Shown piece by piece: positions 27,948 through 35,904 of a DNA stretch of 64,000 nucleotides. The stretch's first letter is position 1; each line of letters begins with the position of its first letter. The position numbers were made by a program, and so were the translations under genes. The notes under the pieces are model-generated. The model ran no database searches. It was not told the origin of the DNA and saw nothing but the letters and a program-made list of their open reading frames with translations. This DNA is from an uncultured Chloroflexia bacterium (GTDB lineage: Bacteria > Chloroflexota > Chloroflexia > Thermomicrobiales > UBA6265). The stretch is taken from the NCBI GenBank assembly GCA_963750275.1, contig CAVVQC010000005.1:417258-481257 (forward strand). Direction: 5' to 3'.

Positions 27948-29399
27948 TATCGAAACATCCATGCTGGCGATCTGGTCGGCGCCAATCAGTCGGTGAACTG
28001 CCGTTCGGCGAATTCGGCGCAAGCGACCATCACGCGCATCCTGGAAAAGAACGACCGGGCCATCGTGAGTGCCGATCCAGAAAACGCCAATGGCTATTAC
28101 TGGGCATCCGTTCGGCCGTTGGGCACCACGGTTGAGTGTTTCGTTGTCGCTGACTATCTCGATGTCGTTCAGGCGGGTGGCGGCCTAACCCCGACCGTTT
28201 CTGGCACGGTCATTAACGGCGGCCCGTATAAAGTCGGCGACATCATTCAGACGACCTCATCGGTCAATATGCGCACCGATGCCGGAACCACCAACCCAGT
28301 CGTCAAAACGATCTCCTCGCAAACCACCGGCACTGTGATGGCCGGGTACAAGAAGGTCGGCAGTGATGACTGGATCCAGGTCCAGTTCCCCACCGGCAAC
28401 GGCTGGATCGCGGCGAGATATACCAAGCTGATGGTCAGCGGTACACCGGGCGGACCGTTCGCCGCGGGTGAGCGCGTTGTGATCACCGGAACGGTGAATC
28501 TGCGCATCGCTCCAAGCACGACAAGTACATCGCTGGCGCAGCTCACAGCCGGTCAGCAAGGAATTGCACTCGGTTCGCAGGCGAAGGTCGGCACCACGAC
28601 CTGGGTCCAGGTCGAATTCCCAGCGGGCGCCGGCTGGGTTTCGGCGCAATATCTGAAGAAGCTCACCGCGGTGACCCCGACAGTCGGTCCGGTCGCTTCG
28701 AAAATCTGGGTTTACGTCGACTGCACGTCGAATCCCGAGCGGGTCCTTATCACGAACAACAACTCGCAGTCGATCCGGGTCATCAGCATCGGCTCGATCT
28801 ACCAGCCGGGCAACTCCGAACCGTTCTCGATCGGGGATACGATCGGGTCGAATGTCACGCTCTCGTATTCTTCGGGTAGTGCCGCCAGCGGCGTGCGTAA
28901 GTTGACCTCCAGCCAGATCTTCGATGACAACGCCGGCAGCGCCGAGGGTGTGATCGTCAAAACGTCGCTTGGCGATATCACCGCCACCTGCCCGGCCGTC
29001 ACCTCCGGCGAAAAGTGGATCGAGGTCAACCTCTCCACACAGACCCTGACGGTCTGGCGTGGATCGACCAAGATCTCCAGCTCGCTGGTGAGCACCGGTA
29101 AACCAGGGTTTTCTACGCCGACAGGCACGTACTACATCTCGACCAAGTACCCGTCGGTGACGATGGCTGCCTGTGTCAACGGTGAATGCTGGAACACCCC
29201 AGGTGTCCCTTGGGCCATGCTCTTCCGATCGGGTGGGTTCTACATCCACGGCGCCTACTGGCACAACGATTTCGGTAAAGTTCGCAGCCACGGTTGCGTG
29301 AACTTGCCGGTACCGTACGCCGAATGGCTGTATGGATGGACGCCATCGGGCACGCGAGTCTGGATTCACTACTAGGCGCAATATCGCGCTGAAAACAAA

Positions 29400-29434
29400 C
29401 ATGGGGCGCTCCAACTGGAGCGCCCCATGTTCTT
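29400..29434 (+). terminator. Rho-independent terminator after the L,D-transpeptidase gene
   Basis: There is a perfect 13-bp stem CATGGGGCGCTCC/GGAGCGCCCCATG with loop AACT, followed by TTCTT. Confidence 0.7.
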
Positions 29435-29508
29435 GCCCCTTGCGCGGAGTGGTGCTTGCCACCGATAGTTCGCGCCTACATTGCCTCAACGACAAACCAG
29501 AGCCGTGA

Positions 29509-30519
29509 GTGTTGCCCGTGATCGATCATCTTGCGAGCGATTCAAGCATTCCTGCCATCCTGTCCACCGACCTGGACCGCTCCACTCCGCCGGCCCTCCC
29601 GCATCAAGAGGAGTCTCCGGTTGTTCTCGCTGCGTCTCGCACAAACCTCATGGCCGGTGACCTGGTGGAAATCAATCGCGCGTCGGTCAACGGGCGTGCA
29701 TGGATGTCTACTGTTGCGACCTCCAAACGAGTCTTCGAGCGGGGAACTCGCGCCGAGCTCCTGAGTGATCCCATCCGGTCCGACGGGCACATCTGGGTAA
29801 AACTTCGGCTACCAGATGATCCGAACAGCGACTCCTACTTCGTCGCCGCACGCTATCTCGATCTGGTCGAGGCCCGGTCCGACATCGCACTGAGCGTCAT
29901 TCGTCCCTCTATCGAACAAGACGGTGACGGCACGCCCTATCAAGCGGGAGACCTCATTCACACGACGGTGAGCGTCAATTTGCGCGCAGCGCCCGGAGCG
30001 CAGAGTCCAGTGATCCGTAATCTGGCGCCCGACTCGGTCGGTATGATGCTCGTTGGGTTCGAGCGGATCGGGAAAACCGAATGGATCCCAATCCAGCTCG
30101 CCGATTGCCAGGGCTGGCTGGCGGCGAAGCACACCCGGTTCTTCGCGCGCGGGGGCAAGTGGATCGAGGTCGAGCTGTCGACTCAGACGCTGATCACCTG
30201 GAACGATCATGTCGAGGAGAGCCGGATGACCGTCAGTTCCGGGAAACCGGGATTTCGCACTCCCAAAGGCGCTTTCAGAATTTCGAGCAAGTACCCCGCA
30301 CGTCGTACGGTGGCCACCGTCAACGGCGAGCATTGGGACATCCCTGGCGTCCCGTGGATCATGGTCTTTCGCACTGGGGGCTACTACATCCACGGCGTTT
30401 ACTGGCATAACGACTTTGGAGCGCCGGTCAGCCATGGCTGCGTCACACTGCCTGTGCCCTCCGCCGAAGCGCTTTACGATTGGACACCCTCAGGCACGCC
30501 CCTCTGGATTCACGACTGA
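29509..30519 (+). CDS. SH3b-repeat L,D-transpeptidase paralog (YkuD domain) without a detectable signal peptide
   Basis: The C-terminus GKWIEVELSTQTL...SSGKPGFRTPKGAF...HGVYWHNDFGAPVSHGCVTLP parallels the upstream gene. Two SH3b-like units are present. An in-frame TGA lies immediately upstream of the GTG at 29509. Confidence 0.75.
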   Translation: MLPVIDHLASDSSIPAILSTDLDRSTPPALPHQEESPVVLAASRTNLMAGDLVEINRASVNGRAWMSTVATSKRVFERGTRAELLSDPIRSDGHIWVKLRLPDDPNSDSYFVAARYLDLVEARSDIALSVIRPSIEQDGDGTPYQAGDLIHTTVSVNLRAAPGAQSPVIRNLAPDSVGMMLVGFERIGKTEWIPIQLADCQGWLAAKHTRFFARGGKWIEVELSTQTLITWNDHVEESRMTVSSGKPGFRTPKGAFRISSKYPARRTVATVNGEHWDIPGVPWIMVFRTGGYYIHGVYWHNDFGAPVSHGCVTLPVPSAEALYDWTPSGTPLWIHD

Positions 30520-30550
30520 TGAGCTAGATCGTCCGGTCTGGTAGAGATCC

Positions 30551-33115
30551 CTAAACCAGTCCCATTTGGTGCGCCTTTGTAGTGGCAGCCGTTCGATTGT
30601 GACAATCCAGCTTTGCGAAAATATTGGCCACATGGCGATTGACGGTCTTCGGACTAATGAAAAGCTCCTCACCGATCTCTCGATCGGATTTTCCGAGGAC
30701 CATCAGGCGCAACACTGCCAGTTCCCTGGTCGACAGCGAAACGGCCGCCACAATTCCTGGAATACGATCGCCTGTCGCCGCGTCGGTGGTGCTTACCGCA
30801 GTCAAGGCGTCGATAACAAGCGCGTGTACATCCAGCACAGCTCCCAGGGCGCGGAGCTCTGCGTACCGGGCTTCGCCGAGCGATCGCTCCAATCGTCGAT
30901 CGAGTTGCTTGGCGCTCGGAGCGTGGTAACCGTGCCAGCCGATGTTGCCGGCTTCACGAAACGCCGCCGTGCCCCCAAGCAGGCGGGCAGCGGTCGCGGA
31001 ATCGTGCGGTTCGACCAGCTCTGCTATCAGCTCGATCACTTCACAGGTGAAAATCGGATTATCAGCCAGTCGGAAGTTCCGGAGAGCAGCCGAGAAATAC
31101 TCGCCAGCGGCTCGGAACTGCCGATCCCGCATTGCCCCGACGCCGAGTTGCACGTTCGCCGGCGCGATCAAATAGGGCGCGTTCAAGCGTAAGGCAATCT
31201 CGAGCCCCTCTCGGGCCAGGTCACTGCCAATAACAGCATCGCCCAGGGCTTCGTCGAGATTGGTAAGCGCCGAAACAATTCCCGCTTCGTCTCCGAGCTC
31301 GCGATAGAGCAACAAACTCTCCTGAAGCTGCGTGGTTGCCCGGGATCGATCCCCGATCCGTACCAGCGCAATCCCGAAGTTCGACAAGAGGGTCGCAAGC
31401 GTCCATTGATCGCCCGCCTGGCGACAGGTCGCGACAATCGAATCGTATCGTGCGACTGCATCGTTCATTCTTCCCTGCCGCAGCGCAACGTTGGCGATCG
31501 AACCAGTCGCGATAAACGCGAGCCGGTCATCGTTCGCGTCGACAGCAAGCGCCTCGGCCCGCTCATACGCAGCGCGCGCTTCACTCAGCTCGCCGGCGGT
31601 GCTATGTACATTGCCGCGGTCGATCCAGGCGCTGGACATGCGCGACCGATCGTCAAGCGCTTCCCAAATGTCCAGCGACGCGTCGCCCCATGTCTTAGCG
31701 GCCGGCCAGTCGCTTTGGAGCTCGGCAATAACCGCTCCGCCCCGCAATGCCGCTCCCCAGAGCGGTGTCGCTTCTATGGTCTGTCCTGCCAAAGCTCGGT
31801 CGATCAGGTTTCGCGCCTCCTGAAAGAGACCGCGATTTGTCCAGTATCGCCAGAGCCCTGCGATCAGAGACAAGCTGGTTTCGCTGTCATTCCGCTCGAT
31901 CGCCCGTTCGAGTACGACGCGGATCGTTGCGCTCTCCGCTGCGAGCGCGGCCATCGAGGCTGCCTGACGCGGACCCGTGAGCTGGTCGGCATGCCAGTTG
32001 ACCATGGCCCTGATCGCCTCTGTCAGCCGATCGAGCGCCGGCTCCAGCTCGCCCGATTTCCCTAACATGTCTCGAGCAAATTCACGAATGCTCACCAGCA
32101 TGCGAAACCGAACCTGTTCATCGCTCTCGGCACCTGCCGGTTGGAGCAATCCGAGATCGAACAGCGCGGTGAGCCGGTCGACGGCCATAGCCGCACGCTC
32201 ATCGACCGGAGATCCGCCGAAACAGATGGTCTCCACCATTTCCAGGGAGAACGACTCGGGGAACATTCCGAGTTGGCGAAAGAGCTGCTGTTCCGGCTCG
32301 CTCAGCAGGTCATAACTCCAGGCGATCGCCGCCTGTAGCGTGTGATGGCGCGGGGCGGTATCAACCGCGCCGCCGCCCAACACGGCGAGCTGTCGGGTCA
32401 GCAAGGCCAGTAACGCCTCAGGAGAAAGCAACCGCAACCGGGCCGCTGCCAGCTCGATCGACAACGGCAAACCGTCTAGCCGCGCGCAAATTGCGTCTAC
32501 TGTCTCTGGATTTAATGTGTCTGTCCGATAAATCGATCGCGCCAAGCGAGCCCGATCGACAAACATGGTAGCCGCCGGAGACATCTCGCCATCAGCTGGG
32601 GTCGTGGTTGCCAGAGGATCGAGCAAAACCAACCGCTCGCTGGAAATACGCAGCGGCGACCGGCTGGTGACGAATATGCGCAGTTTGGGGCAGGCCCGCA
32701 GCAACGCGGCAACTTCAACCGAAGCGGTGAGGAGGTGCTCCATATTGTCGAGCACAACCAGCACGGATCGATCTGCCAGAAACTCAGAAAGCTGGCCACC
32801 CACAGTTTCATCGCCGAGCTGCTCCAGATCGAGCTGCTTGGCCAATGCGGGCATGAGCTCGCAAGGTTCAGCCAATGCTGCCCCATCGACAAAAATGACT
32901 GGCGGTCCCGCAGATTGCGCGGCCACTGGACCGAGCGACTCCACCATCAAGCGGGTTTTACCCACCCCACCTGGGCCGATCAGTGTGACCAACCGCTCGG
33001 CATCCTGCGCGATCAATGTACGCAACGCACAGAGTTCTTCTTCACGCCCAGTGAATCGCGTCAGATACCGGGGCAACTCACTCGAAGCGCCGAAGACATC
33101 CAGCTGAACGGCCAT
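30551..33115 (-). CDS. STAND-type (P-loop NB-ARC-like + TPR) transcriptional regulator with C-terminal LuxR HTH
   Basis: It has Walker A GPGGVGKTRL, Walker B LVVLDNMEHLL and LDGLPLSIELAAARL (the GxPLA-like motif), followed by a long TPR-like region. The C-terminus is LSTRELAVLRLMVLGKSDREIGEELFISPKTVNRHVANIFAKL. Confidence 0.85.
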   Translation of the reverse strand: MAVQLDVFGASSELPRYLTRFTGREEELCALRTLIAQDAERLVTLIGPGGVGKTRLMVESLGPVAAQSAGPPVIFVDGAALAEPCELMPALAKQLDLEQLGDETVGGQLSEFLADRSVLVVLDNMEHLLTASVEVAALLRACPKLRIFVTSRSPLRISSERLVLLDPLATTTPADGEMSPAATMFVDRARLARSIYRTDTLNPETVDAICARLDGLPLSIELAAARLRLLSPEALLALLTRQLAVLGGGAVDTAPRHHTLQAAIAWSYDLLSEPEQQLFRQLGMFPESFSLEMVETICFGGSPVDERAAMAVDRLTALFDLGLLQPAGAESDEQVRFRMLVSIREFARDMLGKSGELEPALDRLTEAIRAMVNWHADQLTGPRQAASMAALAAESATIRVVLERAIERNDSETSLSLIAGLWRYWTNRGLFQEARNLIDRALAGQTIEATPLWGAALRGGAVIAELQSDWPAAKTWGDASLDIWEALDDRSRMSSAWIDRGNVHSTAGELSEARAAYERAEALAVDANDDRLAFIATGSIANVALRQGRMNDAVARYDSIVATCRQAGDQWTLATLLSNFGIALVRIGDRSRATTQLQESLLLYRELGDEAGIVSALTNLDEALGDAVIGSDLAREGLEIALRLNAPYLIAPANVQLGVGAMRDRQFRAAGEYFSAALRNFRLADNPIFTCEVIELIAELVEPHDSATAARLLGGTAAFREAGNIGWHGYHAPSAKQLDRRLERSLGEARYAELRALGAVLDVHALVIDALTAVSTTDAATGDRIPGIVAAVSLSTRELAVLRLMVLGKSDREIGEELFISPKTVNRHVANIFAKLDCHNRTAATTKAHQMGLV

Positions 33116-33255
33116 TGAAGGTGTTCCAGTAGGCAAATAGATTGCGGTCGCTATCCGCCAATCATGCGCTATTTCTGGATTTCCGGGTAGGCCACGACGA
33201 ACAGCACCATACCCCGGGCGTCCTTGCGGACCCCGGAGCATGGACGAGCGATTGA

Positions 33256-34164
33256 TTACTCAGCGGTAAAAACCTGGGTCATCTGATAGAGCGTCTCCGA
33301 GACCAGGTCGTCGGGGCTGAACGAGAAACAAGTGCCGATATAGGTACCCGGTTCGAGGTCGAGCTCGATGATCGTCGTCACACCATGGGTAATCGGCACC
33401 GAACCGGCCACGTCCTCCCATGCCGACGGATCCTGAGGGGACCCGTTTGCAATCGGCGTGGCATCTGCCAATTCAAGGTAGTTTGCAAGTCCACCGACCG
33501 CTTCATCAGCGGAGAGTTCCGCACCGGGATCAAGGACGAACGCGAGGTTTGGCAAGATGCCGGTGTTTGTCACGACCCATATCTGTGGTCCAGCCGCAAC
33601 GGTCGAGGGCATCTCGATTAACGTGTCGCTCAAGGTTACCTGGATGGCCCCGTCGATGGCCGGATACTCCGGTAGCTCACCCGTCACGGTCACTTGCATC
33701 GTGGCCGTGGACATCGAGGTCTCGCCGAAGAAGATCCCGCCAACCACCCAACTTCCCGAAGGCACCTCGACGATGACCTCGTTAGTCAAAGCCGATACCC
33801 CACCCCCCATTCCGACGCTCAACCACCAGTCCGGTGGCCCTGGGGAAGTGGGGTCCATGGCGGCGAAGGCGACTTCGAGCTGATCGGCCGTCTCACCAGG
33901 GGACGGCGCAAAGAAGCCAACTTCCCAATCTTGAGACTCAGTGGTGCTGTCAACCGTCATCAAATACCGTCCTGCCGTGAGCTCGGATGGGCCGGTGATG
34001 GTGGCTCCATCGGTCGAGAATTCGATAACGGGATAGCCCAGCCCCGCGAGAAGCGAAGAGGAGTCCGCCGGCGTGGCGAGCAGCAAGGCGTTCTGTGCAA
34101 ACACCCCTCGACCTGAAATGGAAAACAACAGGATGAGCGCAGTGATTACCGTGAGGCGCTTCAT
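33256..34164 (-). CDS. secreted two-domain protein, cupredoxin-like C-terminal domain with degenerate metal site (paralog 1)
   Basis: The signal peptide is MKRLTVITALILLFSISGRGVFAQ and the RBS is AAGGGAG. It aligns along its full length with ORFs 34683..35579 and 51729..52616. The C-terminus EPGTYIGTCF...LYQMTQVFTAE keeps Cys and Met but not the two His. Confidence 0.7.
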   Translation of the reverse strand: MKRLTVITALILLFSISGRGVFAQNALLLATPADSSSLLAGLGYPVIEFSTDGATITGPSELTAGRYLMTVDSTTESQDWEVGFFAPSPGETADQLEVAFAAMDPTSPGPPDWWLSVGMGGGVSALTNEVIVEVPSGSWVVGGIFFGETSMSTATMQVTVTGELPEYPAIDGAIQVTLSDTLIEMPSTVAAGPQIWVVTNTGILPNLAFVLDPGAELSADEAVGGLANYLELADATPIANGSPQDPSAWEDVAGSVPITHGVTTIIELDLEPGTYIGTCFSFSPDDLVSETLYQMTQVFTAE

Positions 34165-34237
34165 ATCGACGTGCTCCCTTCGATCATGGCTTGTTGACAA
34201 TGCTCCCCACACCTGTTTGATCACGTGTGGAGTGCCC

Positions 34238-34537
34238 CTAAAAGTGGGATACCGAGTACGGAGCGACCGCTGTCCCGTCCTGGGGTACGACTATGCCCGA
34301 GAGCTCGCCCGAACCGAACGCGATCGCGTTGACGGTCTCATCAACGTTTTCGTCCGCGTCGATCATGGAGGCAATTGCACCGAAGAGTTTCTGCGCCACT
34401 GGGGTCAACGTTCGGCTTGCTTCTGCGCGCTAAACCTGCGCTGGCATCGGATTGCCCGTTTCATCGAACTCAGTGGTGCCTTCGTCCAGGTTAAGCGCCC
34501 CATCGGGCCCATTGGTGAAGCCAAAGGAGAAGGACAT
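34238..34537 (-). pseudogene. possible small acidic ORF interrupted by an in-frame TAG
   Basis: MSFSFGFTNGPDGALNLDEGTTEFDETGNPMPAQV-TAG-RAEASRTLTPVAQKLFGAIASMIDADENVDETVNAIAFGSGELSGIVVPQDGTAVAPYSVSHF stays in one frame. The composition looks protein-like, but I recognise no homolog. Confidence 0.25.
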
Positions 34538-34682
34538 ATCGGAGGCAATCTCCTTCCCGAGGTTGCGGGATCCGAGCCGCAGCAAAATTCCCCGTGCCGA
34601 ATCTGCCCTTGGAAGGTGAGAGCGTTCCTCCAGGTGGCCCGGGAAAGTCCGGACCACCTGGAAGAATAAGCAGATTGCCATG

Positions 34683-35579
34683 CTACGCGACGGTGAAGAC
34701 CTTGGTCATTCCGTGAAGCGCATGCGAGCCAAGCTCACCCGGGCCCTCGATGAAGCAGAAGGCGATATAGGTGCCCGGCTCGAGATCGAGCTCGAAGAAG
34801 GTGGTCACGCCGTTCGTGATGGGGGACGAACCGCCAACATCCTGCCAAGACATGGGATCTTGCGCTGATCCTTCTGCCGCGGGAGTAGCATCCGCCATGC
34901 CGTAGAAGAGCTTGACCCCATTGACGGCATCTTCGGTAGTGAGTTCTCCACCCGGATTCATGATGAAGACAAAGTGCGGCAATGCGCCGGTGTTCGTCAC
35001 TTGCCAAACATGCGGACCGGCCGCAATGACATCAGGCATCTCGATAGAAAGATCCGCCAAAGTCACGTCTATCGCGTCTTCGATGGTCGTGTATTCCGGA
35101 AGTTCGCCGGTCACGGTGACCTTCTGGGTAGCGACGCTGCTCGGCGACTCACCGTAAAACATGACGGTGGCAACCCACTCCCCTTCGGTCAACTGAACGA
35201 TGCCGACATTTCCTGGGCTCTCTACGCCGCCGCCCTGGCCTATCTGATAAAAGAAGTCGGGCGCTTCGTCAGCCGTCGTATCCACCCCGGCCAGCGAGGT
35301 AAGCAGCTCGTCAGCCGTCATGCCTTCGCTGGGTGAATAGAAGTCGAACGACCAATCCTCGATGGGATTGTCAACCAACACCTTGAGTTGGTACCGGCCG
35401 GCTTCCAGCTCAGTCGGACCAGTCAGAGTCGTTCCATCGGTCGTATATTCGATGACCGGATAGTCGAGCGCCGAGATCAATGAACTGTCCGCGGTCGGCG
35501 TTGCATCTTGCGCAATGACTCCGCGTGAGAAGGTCGCAAGCATGAGAGCAAGCAAAAGCAACGTTAGTAAACGCTTCAT
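34683..35579 (-). CDS. secreted two-domain protein with cupredoxin-like C-terminal domain (paralog 2)
   Basis: The signal peptide is MKRLLTLLLLALMLATFSRGVIAQ and the RBS is AAAGGGAG. It carries VTNTGALPHFVF ... EPGTYIAFCFIEGPGELGSHALHGMTKVFTV, a His/Cys/His/Met arrangement. Confidence 0.72.
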   Translation of the reverse strand: MKRLLTLLLLALMLATFSRGVIAQDATPTADSSLISALDYPVIEYTTDGTTLTGPTELEAGRYQLKVLVDNPIEDWSFDFYSPSEGMTADELLTSLAGVDTTADEAPDFFYQIGQGGGVESPGNVGIVQLTEGEWVATVMFYGESPSSVATQKVTVTGELPEYTTIEDAIDVTLADLSIEMPDVIAAGPHVWQVTNTGALPHFVFIMNPGGELTTEDAVNGVKLFYGMADATPAAEGSAQDPMSWQDVGGSSPITNGVTTFFELDLEPGTYIAFCFIEGPGELGSHALHGMTKVFTVA

Positions 35580-35904
35580 GTGTGTGGCTCCCTTTTTCAA
35601 TGTCCGAATAACCGCTAGCGTCCGGCCGACATCGACCGTATTTGCATTCTGCCAGCGAAAGAACCCGCACACATGTGTTAAACACCCCATTTTGAACCAG
35701 GGGATTACGTAGATGAGAACTACGCACAGACCACGCAGGTCACTGTTTCACCAGCCTACGCATTCGGCAGCGACGGTCAATGCCCGCCATGGCGACGCCA
35801 CGCCGATCATCAAAAAGGTGTTACGGACGCGATCAATCTCAACGCTACGAGCCGAAGCCGGCAGGCCGATCCAGGTTGCTTCCTGATAACTCGAAGGGTG
35901 GTGA

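Larger units (their letters stand above)
26663..29375 (+). pseudogene. secreted multi-SH3b, Thr/Pro-linker L,D-transpeptidase (YkuD domain), split by a +1 frameshift at 27555-27562
   Basis: ORFs 26603..27562 and 27519..29375 join into one protein if one T of GTTT (27555-57) is dropped. VLTVV|PSGSTAVVIE then parallels VLTVVANGESGVVIE of the preceding repeat. The N-terminus has a signal peptide (LKRLASLVLLLSLLAALALPA), and the C-terminal YkuD motif is HGAYWHNDFGKVRSHGCVNLP. Confidence 0.75.

Noticed and set aside
33116-33241. Longer start (ATG at 33241) for the first STAND-LuxR regulator, and likewise the long N-terminal extensions of many ORF-track entries (e.g. 42912-44138, 43969-44913, 5087-7225, 48967-51726).
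   Set aside because: The extensions are Arg/Pro/Ser-rich and lack homology. They overlap upstream genes or intergenic signals, and internal starts with RBS-like sequences give N-termini that match family expectations.
34430-34432. In-frame TAG as a recoded (pyrrolysine-type) codon.
   Set aside because: No pyl genes or other hints are present. TAG is used as an ordinary stop by several genes in the window (e.g. 14438-14440, 40872-40874). A nonsense mutation or a non-gene is far more likely.
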